Assembly (NCBI GenBank): GCA_038087875.1
Contig: CM075977.1
Span: forward strand, 300,514,001 to 300,578,000
Source of the DNA: Malacoraja senta
Lineage: Eukaryota
Length of the DNA stretch: 64,000 bases
Direction: 5' to 3'
Under the pieces are notes generated by a model. That model was given only the letters and a program-made list of their open reading frames with translations. It was not told the DNA's origin and made no database searches. Position 1 is the stretch's first letter, and the number at the start of each line of letters is the position of its first letter. The position numbers and the translations under genes were made by a program. Below, piece by piece: positions 12,842 through 25,600 of the stretch.

Positions 12842-14157
12842 AATCCAAATACTATTGACCAGCAATGGTCAATGGTATGGTTAACTGTTAAAAGAAAATC
12901 AGACTCTGCCATAAATGTGCTGAGCTTTTAGAAATCCCATGAAATATCAGGCATTAGGAATAGGAATATTTTATTGTCACATGTGACTAGGCACAGTGAG
13001 ATTCTTTGCTTTGATACACAATGTATACAGATAGCAGCCAACTATGGCGCTGACAAAGTTACAAAGTCCCCCTTTTGTCGTCGTCCTTCCCCCCCCTCCC
13101 CCCCAACACTTCCCCCACGCCTGGTCCTCCATTGTTCTTCCCCTCCTCCTTCATGGCGGTCACCCTACGCCATGGAATCTATAATGACTGGTCATGTTTG
13201 ACAAATTCATGGTCATCATAATGAGCTAACAAAGGGAACACACTATACTTAAGGAATCAAGGGATATGGGGGAAAAGCAGGAATAGGGTACTGACTTTAG
13301 ATGATCAGCCAAGATCATATTAAATTGTGGTGCTGGCTTGAAGGGCCGAATGGCCTACTCCTGCACCTATTTTTCTATGTATTTTATGTATGTGGATTTT
13401 CAGAAGGTACATCAAATGTTGTTTTATCGAAGGTTATCTACAAGTGCAGTATTACAGAAATTGCAATGGTATGGATGGAAAGTTGGTTAATAGCCAGGAA
13501 AACAGTGTTAGTAAGTGTTGGTGGTATTGGAGAAGGGTGTTAAGTGGTATGCGGATGGCTCAGTGCAAGGTCTGGTCAGTGTTAACATTTTAAAAAGTGG
13601 TATCAAAATTTACTGTTGACACAAAGGGTGATAAACAAGGCTGCTTGGAATGTTGGCAGAATGAGTTTATAAATGGCAAATCCAATTAGATGCCAAAACA
13701 TACGAGGTGATCACTTCGACTGAAAAACAATAACAAGTTTAATACTTTGTGCAAAGATGTTGAGGGCAAAGAGATTAGCTGACAAAGCATATTTTCAACC
13801 CCAGTTGATGGTACCAAATGCACTGTAAAATGACATCAGTACATTGCATTCTGCCTCCACAATTTATTCTACGGAGTTAAATTTCAGAGGCAGAATACAA
13901 TCTGCTGAAATGACTACATAGCTCATTTAGTGCTACCAACCCAGGTATGAATATCTTGGCTGTGACTCAATCCAGCTGGCTAACAGCACCAGTTCCAAAT
14001 GGAAGTGCTGCCTTTCAGTACGATTGAAGCTTCCATTCATGCAGTGCTTACTGCAGAAACCCGAGGCTCACCAAATGCCACATGTGTCACTACACCATCA
14101 CTGGATTCCACGTGCTGACAAGAGCACAGTCCATGAATCCCTACATTATATTGGGGA

Positions 14158-14722
14158 ATAGACAATAGACAATAGGTGCAGGAGTAGGCCATTCGGCCCT
14201 TCGAGCCAGCACCGCCATTCAATGTGATCATGGCTGATCATCCCCAATCAGTACCCCGTTCCTGCCTTCTCCCCATATCCCCTGACTCCACTATCTTTAA
14301 GAGCCCTATCTAGCTCTCTCTTGAAAGTATCCAGAGAACCGGCCTCCACTGCCCTCTGAGGCAGAGAATTCCACAGACTCACAACTCTCTGTGAGAAAAA
14401 GTGTTTCCTCGTCTCCGTTCTAAATGGTTTACCCCTAATTCTTAAACCTGGTTCTGGACTCCCCAAACATCGGGAACATGTTTCCTGCCTCTAGCTTGTC
14501 CAAACCTTTAACATTCATATATGTTTCAATAAGATTCCCTCTCATCCTTCTAAACTCCAGAGTGTACAAGCCCAGCCGCTCCATTCACTCAGCATATGAT
14601 AGTCCCGCCATCCCGGGAATTAACCTTGTAAACCTCCATCAATAGCAAGAATGTCCTTCCTCAAATTAGGGGACAAAAACTGCACACAATACTCCAGGTA
14701 TGGTCTCACTGGAGCCCTGTAC
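14158..14722 (-). mobile_element. CR1 LINE 3' fragment
   Basis: FFSQRVVSLWNSLP peptide and (CAATAGA)n tail. Confidence 0.9.
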
Positions 14723-14999
14723 TATGGTGAAGCCACCTTTCTGTCCCGTGCCAGGCTGGACCTAGGTGAGGAAGGGAGATACTACCGATTTCAGTGCGGA
14801 TTCTAAAACCTGTGAATTAGGACACAAAAGAAAGGCAAACCTTTTCTAAACTTAAGTTAGTTTAGATAATGCTTTTAATTATTTTAAAGACTTTTTGTTT
14901 ATATTATTGAATGCAAAGATGTTCAATTATTAAAACTAGTTCATATTAATGGTCTGTTTTACATGCCTCTGAATGACAGGACATATATTAAAGTTATTA

Positions 15000-17826
15000 A
15001 CATAGAAAATAGGTGCAGGTACAGGCCCTTCAAACCAGCACCACTATTCAATATGATCATGGCAGATCATCCAAACCCTATTCCTGCTATCTCCACATAT
15101 CCCTTGATTCCATTAGCCCTAAGAGTTATATCTGACTCTCTCTTGAATATATCCAGTGAATTGGCCTCCACTGCCTTCTGTGGCAGAGAATTCCACAGAT
15201 ACACAACTCTCTGGGTGAAAAAGTTTTTCCTCATCATATTCCTAAATGGCCTATCCCGTATTCTTAAACTATGACCCCTGGTTCTGGACTCCCCCAACAT
15301 CGAGAACATTTTTCCTGCATCTAGCCTGTCCAATCCCTTAAGAATTTTATATGTTTCCAAAGATCCCCTCTCACCCTTCTAAATTCCAGTGAATATAAGC
15401 CCAGTTGATCCATTCTTTCATCATATCTCAGTCCCGCCAACCTCGTGAACCTATGCTGCACTCCCTCAATAGCAAGAATGTTCTTCCTCAAATTACAGTG
15501 CATTTAGAAAGTATTCAGACCCCTTCACTTTTTCCATATTTTGTTACATTAAAGCCTTATTCTAAAATTGATTAAATTCATTTTTTTAATCATCAATCTA
15601 CACACTATACCCCCATAATAAAAAAGCGAAAACAGGTGTTTAGAAATCTTTGCAAAGTAATTAAAAATAAATAACTGAAATATCACATTTACATAAGCAT
15701 TCAGACCCTTTGCTATGAGACTCAAAATTGAGCTTAGGTTCATCCTGTTTCCATGGATTATCCTTGAGATGTTTCTACAACTTGATTGGAGTCCACCAGT
15801 GCAAAATTAAATTGATTGGACATATAAGGTCCATATAAGGTCCCACAGTTGACAGTGCATGTCAGAGCAAAACCCAAGCCGAAGGAATTGTCCGTAGACC
15901 TCCGAAACAGGATTGTGTCGAGACACAGATCTGGGGAAGGGTATAAAACAATTTCTGCAGTATTGCAGGTCCCGAAGAGGACAGTGGCCTCCGTCATTCT
16001 TAAATGGAAGAACTTTGGAACCACCAGGACTTTTCAAAGAGCTGGCCTACCGGCCAAACTGAGCAATCGGGGGAGAAGGGCCTTGGTCAGGGAGGTGACC
16101 AAGAACCCAATGGTCACTCTGACAGATCTCCAGAGTTCATCTGTGGAGATGGGAGAACCTTCCAGAAGGACAACTATATCTGCAGCACTCCACAAATCAA
16201 GCCTTTATGGTAGAATGGCCAGACGGAAGCCATTCCTCAGTAAAAGGCACATGACAGCCCGCTTGGAGTTTGCCAAAAGGCATGAGAAACAAGATTCTCT
16301 GGTCTGATGAAACCAAGATTGAACTCTTTGGCCTGAATGCCAAGCATCGCGTCTGGAGGAAACCAGGCACCGTTCATCACCTGGCAATACCATACCTACG
16401 GTGAAGCATGGTGGTGGCAGCATCATGCTGTGGGGATGTGTTTCAGCAGCAGGAACTGGAAGACTAGTCAGGATTGAGGGAAAGATGAACGGAGCAAAGT
16501 ACAGAGAGATCCTTGATGAAAACCTGCTCCAGAGCATTCTGGACCTCAGACTGGGGCAGAGGTTCACCTTCCAACAGGACAACAACACTAAGCACACAGC
16601 CAAGACAACGCAGGAGTGGCTTCGTAACAAGTCTGTGAATGTCCTTGAGAGACCCAGTCAGAGCCCGGAATTGAACACGATCGAACATCTCTGGAGGGAC
16701 CTGAAAAGAGCTGTGCATCGACACTCCCCATCCAACCTGACAGAGCTTGAGAGGATCTGCAGAGAAGAATGGGGGGAATTACCCAAATACAGGTGTGCCA
16801 AGCTTGTAGCGTCATACCCAAGAAGACTTGAGGCTGTAATCGCTGCCAAAGGTGCCTCAACAAAGTACTGCGTAAAGGGTCTGAATACTTATCTAAATGT
16901 GATATTTCAGTCATTTCTTTATAATTACTTTGCAAACATTTCTAAATGCCTGTTTTTGCTTTTTTATTATGGGGTATTGTGTAGAATGATGATAAGAAAA
17001 ATGAATTTAATCCATTTTAGAATAAGGGTGAAACGTAACAAAATGTGGAAAAAGTGAAGGGGTCTGAATACTTTCTGAATGCACTGTAGGAGACCAAAAC
17101 TGCACACAATACTCCAGGTGTGGTCTCACCAGGGCCCTGTACAACTGCAGTAGGACCTCCTTGCTCTTATACTCAAATCCTCTCGCTATAAAGGCCAACA
17201 TGCTATTAGCTTTCTTCACTGCCTGCTGTACCTGCATGCTTCCTTTCGGTGACTGATGTACAAGGACACCCAGGTCTCATTGTGCCTCTCCTTTTCCTAA
17301 TCTGACAACATTCAGATAATAATCTGCCTTCCTGTTCTTGCCACCAAAGTGCATAACCTCACATGTATCCACATTATACTGCATCTGCCATGCATCTGCC
17401 CACTCACCCTACCTATTGTCACTCTGCAGCCTCATAGCATCCTCCTCGCAGCTCACACTGCAATTCAAGATGAAAAACACCGCTGTTCAAGATGTCTCAT
17501 TACATGTGACCCAGCAATGTGTCATCCGCAAACTTGGAGATATCATATTTAGTTCCTTCATGTAAATCATTAATATATATTGTAAATAACCGGGATCCGA
17601 GCACTGAGCCTTGTGGCACCCCACTAGTCACTGCCTTCCATTCTGAAAAGGACCAGTTAATTCCCACTCTTTGCTTCCTGTCTGCCAACCAGTTCTCTAT
17701 CCATGTCAATACCCTACCCCCAATACCACGTGCTCTAATATTGCACACTAATCTTTTGTGTGGGACCTTGTAAAAGGCTTTTTGAAAGTCCAGATACACC
17801 ACATCCACTGGCTCTCCCTTATCCAA
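15000..17826 (-). mobile_element. CR1 LINE fragment split by the Tc1 insertion
   Basis: RT peptides on both sides; the empty site reconstitutes TTCCTCAAATTAGGAGACCAAAAC as in other CR1 copies. Confidence 0.9.
15496..17086 (+). mobile_element. Tc1-family DNA transposon (DD34E), full length, transposase inactivated
   Basis: TA duplication at 15494-15495 and 17087-17088. ~215-bp IR/DR termini CAGTGCATT(T/C)AGAAAGTATTCAGACCCC. ORFs 15849..16307 (paired-like HTH) and 16401..17057; WSDETK, QQDN..34 aa..IEHLW. No ATG at the expected start, and frameshifts. Confidence 0.96.
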
Positions 17827-18908
17827 GTATTAATATACTTGGCGGATTTGCCCAGTGTTGTAGCCTGTCGCGCAAGTTCCTGGGTAGAGCCCAAGACCTG
17901 TTCCCACTGAGAGCCAGCAAGTAAGTCCTCCACATTTGGACCAACGAGCACAATCATGTTGGGACTGCCAATGGCATTGTCCAGAGAGACCTAGCTCATT
18001 AGTTCCTTGAAAGTGTACATACGGATATATAAAATTATAAGAAGAAAATTTGAAATTTTATGAACAACAAAAAGAATAGGAAACTAAATTCAAAAGTGAA
18101 AGACAAGGGCACAGCTTTGAAACTGCATGCCATTTCCAACCTTCTTCACCACAAGCATCCCCTCCCCACCCGTCACCTTTCCACCGCCACTGTCCCATCC
18201 CTACAATGCCAAAGTATAATTCTACCAACAAAAACTGTAAGTGAAAAATCTGTGGAACACATGTTAGCCACAACAAGTGATGCAGAGACTTTACCTGGAA
18301 CTTGGCAAGTACTAAACAGTCTGGAACACTTTCTTGGAAACCTACACACCTCCCACACAGATCCAGACTACCTCCCAAGGAGGTTAAGATGGAACCACAA
18401 GTTAATAACCTTCTCCCAATTCATCGTAAAGGACAATGAGGCAACCGTAAGGGAGCCAAAGCAAGCGGGGACCTTGACAACTCTGGACCAAAACGGTGCA
18501 GAAAATAGTCAAATTACCTCAACCCCCAAACAATATGCACACCAATCGACAATTTAAATGTGATAATTAATTTCCCTAACAAACCATTTGATATAGTGAT
18601 ACCAAGAGTTCTAAAATATTTTGTCTTGCAAGATGAACATCAGAAGTATTAGCTTAATTTAGTTTAAATACTTTGAACTGATTCTTTTTTGTCATATCAG
18701 ATCTGTTTGGATAGCATGCAAAACGATTTTCAAGATGCCTCATTACATGTGACAATAACAAACCTAAACCTATTGCACTACCATCTTTGCAAAATAATGG
18801 TTAAATTTAGAGAATGAAATTTATAACAATAAATGGAGACAAATGTAATCAAATTTTGTTTGCAACAGGAGGTTCCGAAGAAGCTGAAACGCTCAACACG
18901 GAAATGCT

Positions 18909-19098
18909 CAAGAAAGAACTGCAGATGCTGGTTTAAATCGAAGGTAGACACAAAATGCTAGAGTAACTCAGTGGGTGAGGCAGCATCTCTGGAGAGAAGG
19001 AATGGGCGACGTTTCGGGTTGAGACCCTTCTTCAGTCTGAAGAAGGGTCTCGACCCGAAACGTCGCCCATTCCTTCTCTCCAGAGATGTTGCCTCACC
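18909..19098. mobile_element. Fold-back PLE-derived insertion with two head-to-head hammerhead cores
   Basis: TSD CACGGAAATGCT at 18897-18908 and 19099-19110; ~62-bp inverted arms centred on 19036. Confidence 0.85.
19037..19064 (+). ncRNA. Minimal type I hammerhead ribozyme core (PLE-associated)
   Basis: CUGAAGA-A-GGGUC(UC)GACCC-GAAA-C-GUC: canonical CUGANGA and GAAA boxes, 5-bp stem II, palindromic ACGU stem III and a GUC triplet. Stem I is short, so activity is uncertain. Confidence 0.6.
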
Positions 19099-19613
19099 CA
19101 CGGAAATGCTATTATATTAGTTAGCTGCTCTGCAGTTCAGTGTGATTTACTTGGTCAGCAGGAAGAACTTTTCCAAATATCTTGTATGTTCTCTGGAATG
19201 GGCAGAATCCCCAGTTGGGAAGTTTTATATTGTGGGTGGAATGTGCCGAGTCGACTAAGTATTGGTTTCCTGTTCTATGCTCTTGCATACAGAGATGGCA
19301 ACTTAATTAGGAATTTACATAAACTAAACATGGAAAACTCTAACTCTACCAAACTGCAATGAAAAAAAAATGTACATCAAACGAAAGTCATGATTTAAAT
19401 TGAAGATATAATAGTAAATACTCAACAATAACAGAAAAAATCCCATGTGAAAGTGCTTTATTTTAACATTGTTTCCAGAGTTTCTATGTTATATTTCCTC
19501 ATCTTTCTCCAAAAAATATTTTAGGATCTGTATTATTTAGAATATGACATGTTGCATGTACATTGTGCATTAATGTCGCAAGTAATTTTGCATCTCTAGT
19601 CTCCAAAGCTTTA

Positions 19614-19934
19614 AAGCCCTGTCCCACTCTACGGGTTCATTCAAGAGTTCTCCCGAGTTTGCCCTGATTCGAACTCGGAGATTTACGGTCGGTAATGGCC
19701 GCTTGTGGGTACTCGGGGATCTCGTGGACATTTTTCAACATGTTGAAAAATCTTCACGAGTCTTCCTGAGCTTACCACGTTTCCCGAGTACCAGCCGTTA
19801 GCGTTACGAGCCGCTAAGAGACGTCCCCGAGCTCAGACGTACCCGCTATGTACGTTCTACGTGCTTCCACGAGTTTGATTTTTTTTTTAACTCGGGAGAG
19901 CTCTTGAATGAACTCGTACAGTGGGACAGGGCTT
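19614..19934. mobile_element. PIF/Harbinger-type MITE
   Basis: ~45-bp TIRs AAGCCCTGTCCCACT..AGTGGGACAGGGCTT; TTA duplication at 19611-19613 and 19935-19937. Confidence 0.85.
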
Positions 19935-19969
19935 TTACATTGCCATGAATGTCTTGTCTTGGTTTAATT

Positions 19970-20240
19970 GTTTAGGTTTATTACTGTCACAAGTACCGAG
20001 GTACAGTGAAAAGATATGTTTTGCATGATATCCAATCAGATCAGACAATGTTATACATCAATACAATCAACTAAAACCCAAGTACAATAGATGGAGCAAA
20101 GGGGAAGATACAGAGTGCAGAAAATAGTTCTCAGCATTGTAGTGTATCAGTTCCAGAGATAAAGTATAAATATCCGCAATGGGGTAGAGAGCTTATGGAA
20201 GGACTGTTCAGAAGCTTGACAACAGAGGGGAGGAAGCAAC
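19970..20240 (-). mobile_element. Rex1/Babar-like LINE 3' end
   Basis: Minus strand SFLPSVVKLLN (typical Rex1 ORF end) then TTTCACTGTACCTCGGTAC..GTGAC..AATAAA. Similar tails at ~12970, ~18730 and ~37370. Confidence 0.65.
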
Positions 20241-20331
20241 TGTTACTTAAAATTAGAGAAATTAATATTCATACCGCTGGAATGTAAGCTGCCCAAGTCT
20301 GTAGTTCTAATACCAATTTTACCAACCACAC

Positions 20332-20490
20332 AATAGACAAAGGTGCAGGAGTAGGCCATTCGACCCTTCAAGCCAGCACCACCATTCAATGTGATTATGG
20401 TTGATCATCCCCAATCAGTACCCCGTTCCTGCCTTCTCCCCACATCCCCCGACTCCGCTATCTTTAAGAGCCCTATCTAGTTCTCTCTTT
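20332..20490 (-). mobile_element. CR1 3' end
   Basis: Near-identical to 14165-14320. Confidence 0.85.
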
Positions 20491-20781
20491 AGACACACAA
20501 GGGATAGTATGGCAGGAAGAATTGTAAAGTCCCCTTAACTATATGAACAAATAGTACATTAGCTGGCACCTCTTCCTTTTCTTAATTAAAAGTTATAAAC
20601 CTTAACTGACTAAGACCTCAACTTACCGAAAGGTCAATGAATTCTTACTTTTTGGATTCTCTGATCCTTTTAAGGAACACTGTATTCCTCTCTTCCATCA
20701 AAGATGTCTGAGGCATTCTGGTGCATATTATAACATAAAATTTGTAGGGTAGTGGTCAAATCAAGAAAACTGCAGAAGACA

Positions 20782-20951
20782 TGCGTAGGAAGGGACTGCA
20801 GATGCTGGTTTACACCGAAGATAGATGAAAATGTAAGAGTAACTCAGCGGGACAGGCAGCATCTCTGGAGAGAAGAAATGGGTGACGTCACCCATTCCTT
20901 CTCTCCAGAGATGCTGCCTGTCCCGCTGAGTACCTCAGGCATTTTGTCTAT
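20782..20951. mobile_element. Fold-back PLE-derived insertion lacking the hammerhead core
   Basis: TSD CTGCAGAAGACA at 20770-20781 and 20952-20963; arms meet at GGGTGAC|GTCACCC. Confidence 0.8.
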
Positions 20952-22087
20952 CTGCAGAAGACAGGCCCTATGCTTCTTCTTCGTATCTGTCAAGCATTCA
21001 TTTATATCCCTCCTAAGGCCAAATTGACAAAGTATGCCTTCAACTCTAATATTCTACCGGTCTTGATTCTAATAAAACAGATGTAAATTAGAAGACTTTC
21101 CCATTTTGCAAAATAACACCACACAAACTGTAGGGTTGTTTTAGTTAGTGGCAGTAGATGAAAGAGGTGGAGCAGTTCAAATTTAATGCCTTGGGGTCTT
21201 CCCACAATTTATCTCTAACAGATCAGATGCAAACTTCCCTCATACAAACCTAGAACTACTCCCATTGTTTTAGATGATATTGCTACTCTCCTTTCTTCAA
21301 AGAAAATGCTCAATTTGGAGTTTTCTAGTATTCGCTGAACTTGTTTGTGAAAAGGATTAACTGGCTTTGATTTCACTGAGTGGTTGGGAGATCAAAGAAC
21401 ATAATTCTTCAGTCTGTGGGAGATGAGAAAGCAAACATTTCCATGGTAATGAGGATCCATTCTTGGGACACTCAGCAAATTTCCTAATACCCGCAAGGCA
21501 GAATTTTTGAAAGAGTCACAATGAACAAAGACACTCAAATAAGGGTGCCAAACCTCTATAATCCAAATGCAATAATATTTGTACACTCTGGGCAAGTGCC
21601 ACATTATAGAATGTCCTGTGATGAAACATCTGGGAATAACATTTTACAAAACTTTCAACTAGGCAACAGCATCAAATAATGAATATCAAATTGCTGCTTT
21701 CTTATAAACTGCACCCATTTTTTCTTCCCAAGGAAGTTATGTGAGACAGTTCTCATACCGTATGCTTTGTACAGCTATGTTGAAAATGTGACTAAATGTA
21801 CAACAAAATGCAGTTGAAAAGCCTATTTGAACATTTTGAGGAACTCCATTTATATGCAAAACGCCATTAAATTGTTTTTTGAAGTTTTTGATCCCTGTGT
21901 TTCAAAGACAATAACCCAATATCTGAGAATTAATCACAACCAACTAACATTCTAACCCTAACCCACAACTTCTAACCCATCCCTCCCTCACCTCCCAACC
22001 ACTCAACCTCCTGTTGCAAGCCATGTACAGGTGACATTTTGAGTGCATGGATGTCCGTGCATGTAGGAGGAAATAATCAACTGGCAT

Positions 22088-22206
22088 CAGTCTGAAGAAG
22101 GGTCTCGACCTATTCCTTCGCTCCATAGATGCTGCCTCACCCGCTGAGTTTCTCCAGCATTTTTGTCTACCTTCAATTTTTCCAGCATCTGCAGTACTTT
22201 CTTAAA
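22088..22206 (+). mobile_element. Short PLE-derived insertion (core partly deleted)
   Basis: CAGTCTGAAGAAGGGTCTCGACC then pseudo-LTR body; CAACTG(G/C)CAT flanks both sides. Confidence 0.7.
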
Positions 22207-22646
22207 CAACTGCCATTATTTAGTCTCTCTCCAACTGCTTCCAACACTGCCTTACTTTCTTAAACAACTGGCATTATTTAGTCTCACTCCAACTGCTTCC
22301 AACACTGCACATTTGTCAAAGTACATTTCATGCAAATTTAACATAATCTTCTCACTCCATCGTAGTCCAAATCATGTACCATTTTTAAGACATGTATGCT
22401 ACAAAATATGTATTATTCTAATATCTTTCAACTTGCAATGAAGCAAAAATAACTTCTGGGTTGGATTCTGATGTTTTTCTGGATGCCAGTGTGAAAAGGT
22501 AAAATAAAACCTTTTTACATTATTGAGTTTTACCTCAGGTGGAGTAAAGCTCTATTGTACTCTCAAGCTAGTTTCAATAAACAAAGGCCATACAAACAAA
22601 GAAACTGAAGTAAATCATCAACTTCTCAAGCCTTTTACACCTTTTA

Positions 22647-25600
22647 ATTTTACTTCGGAGTCACGTGAGTGACTACGTGAAGAAGAGCCCGTCCAGCCGC
22701 ACACGTGTCATATCATCAGACGCATAGCGAAGTGCCGATGTTTGGAGTGAGCAGAGCTCCTCCAAACCGGTAAGTAAAGAAACCTGAAGGTAAGGTTTTA
22801 CTTACGGTTTTCAGGCGATTTAAAAGACTATTAGTAATAAAATACAAGTCATAATGAAGAAATTTGTGGAGGTGCACCGCAGAGTGCTCAGGTCTGTGAC
22901 CAGCGGGCACCCATTTTAAAAACATTTTTTTTAAATGGATGCCGTTTAGCGCTATTTAGATCGCAGAGATAAGAGGTTGCAGTTAAAGAAGTCAGACCGG
23001 AGATCCCCGTTTCAGGTAACTAGTTGGTTATATTTATAAACCTAGTTACAAGGCAATGCAGGAAATGCCTGAGTCAGGTAACTAGTTTGTTATATTTTAA
23101 AAACCTAGTTGCAGGGCAATGCAGGGAATGTCTGGGGAATGTCCAGGTTAACTGTTTGGTCTAAATAGAGCCAGCATATGAAGTGCCTAGGGAAGGTCCG
23201 GGCTTTGTGTTGGGCTAGAGAAGGCCAGTGTATAAGTGCCTGGGGAAGGTCTGTTTTAACATTGTCCCTACAGGGCCAGTGCACGGAGTGCCTGGTGGAG
23301 GTCCAGGTTTAGCGTTGGCCTAGAGGAGAGCCAGTGCATGGAGTGCTTTATAAGGTCCGGCTCAATGTTGGCCTAAAGGGCGAGCCAGCATAGGAAATAT
23401 TTGAGAAAAATCCAGTTCAGCGCTGGCCTACAGGTGAGCCAGTGTGAGCAAATGGTTGGTAAGGTACGTTGGTCTCAGGAGAGCCAGCGCCAACTATATC
23501 TGGATGTTAGCGTTGGCCTAGAGGTGAGCTAGCGCCAGCAGCACCTGAAAGAGGGCTGCCTATGATGGGCCTACAGGAGTGCCTGCGTAGAGAGCAACTG
23601 GAAGGGTTGTTATGCGTAGGCCTATGGGAGAGCCAGCGTTAGAAACACCTGAAGCAGGATGTAAATTCGCCCCTCCATGAGGAAGTTTAGTTTATACAAA
23701 GATTCAAGTAACGGATTATATGAGGCCTAGAGCCCAATACAGAGCCAAAGGACCAGAGTTGGCACAATATATTAAAGTTGTGGTTCCAAAAAAGATGAGG
23801 GAACTATTGGGAGATAAATAAACTATGTCAATTAAATACTTACTCTCCCAGCAGCTCCAGGTTCTAACTAGGTATGAGCTGTCTACAAAAATAAACCCGC
23901 AGTATTGAGTATGATAAGCAAGTCAGCGGGGGAGAGGGTATTGAAATTACTGGTCAGGCGTTAAGGCTTTTTTGACCAAAGGTTGGATGGAGGGCTGGTT
24001 CTGTAAGAAACATATTAAATGTTTTACACTTACAAGTTGGGGAAGATTACGTTTCTTGCTAAAAAATGGCAAATTGATATTATACTGTACAGTATTGTGG
24101 GGTTTAGAATGTAGTTCTACCCATATTTGGTTTCTTTTACTAAGGTAATTTGAAACCAGACACATATTTTCCCAAAATAAGAGAATATGTAGATTCAGAC
24201 AAAACATGAAATATTATGGGAAAGAGATGATTAAGAAGTCAGTTCACCATTACCATCAATTAATGCCAAATATGTTATGAGAGCAAATAAGGATGGTGGG
24301 TGTAGATATATTCTAGATCTGAAAATTTTTAACTCTATTTTGTACAGTATAAACAGTGGATAACATTTGTTAATGTTATGCAGCCAATTTCACAAATAAG
24401 CATTTTACTATGTAACTGTGTATGGTATAATAGATTTTTCTATTTTATCTGGATAAGCCAATGATGGCAATTTAAAGCATTGTATTAATGTTTAGTCTCA
24501 GCCTTGAGACTATTTGACAGTGTTGTTGGATTTTATACTAGCTTTACTAGTACTCAGGGCCATTTGGTAATGGTCTATTGCCATATTCTGATTGAAGGAA
24601 ACATTCGGACTACAACAGAACCATGAGTGTTAGAATAAAGCTCACTTTGGAGATTTGTTAACCATCGAGATAAATCTAAAACAGTTTCCAAACACAGTTA
24701 TTGATTATTTGGGTTCCATTATTAAATGAGAACACATGTCATGATCGGATTGCAGGATTAAGGCTGCATTTAAGTGGAAGTTATACGTAGCTCATTATAG
24801 TAGCTCAACCATTGTATAAAGGTCAATATAGAGCATTAATCCTTAATTAGGCATTTAATTGGAAGTGGTATTAAGCTCATTATAGAGCACCAACCTTCAA
24901 TTAGGCAGGAAACAAGCCTATGTTACAAATTTTGCTTATTTTCAGCTGTAGAATTTTGATTGCGGCATTATCAAAGTTTATAGTAAGCATTGATAGAGGA
25001 ATGGATAATACAATTTATGGTAAGTTTGCCAGACCATGTATTTGCCAGTTACAGTTATTACTGGAATTTTAATGAATCAGGAGTGTCTCAAATGCCTCCA
25101 GAGAGATTCTGGCTAAACACCTTCCATTATGCTACACACTAATGGTAGTGCTTTAAGTTGAGGTCATACTTATAAGTATTTTCAGCTGTGGAGGTACATG
25201 GAATATGGAGAAAGTACTTTTTGATCAAATAACAAGGGATCATTATGTAAGTTTTAGGAACAGTTATGACCTAAAGCTTATTTGCTTTTATATGCAAAGT
25301 TGCATGTTTAGACATAGTTTGAGACTACGGAATAGAACGTATGTCAATCATTCGAGTGGTTTAAGTCAGTATCTTGTAATAGACTGGGTAATGTGATCTG
25401 GATCTGGTATTTACCAGAAATATTTGATTGGCAATCTACCTATGAGGTAGATTCAATATTGTTGAAGACTCAAAAGTCATGTAAATCAATGATAATATAG
25501 AATGTATGTTGGATCGTGAGAAATTTAACAATATTATAGCACGATTGATGACTTGTTTGTATCCAGATTTAACCACCAATTACCTAAATATATGTTATAA

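Noticed and set aside
18060-18557. 165-aa ORF antisense in the ADAMTS6 intron
   Set aside because: No recognisable motif or exon structure.
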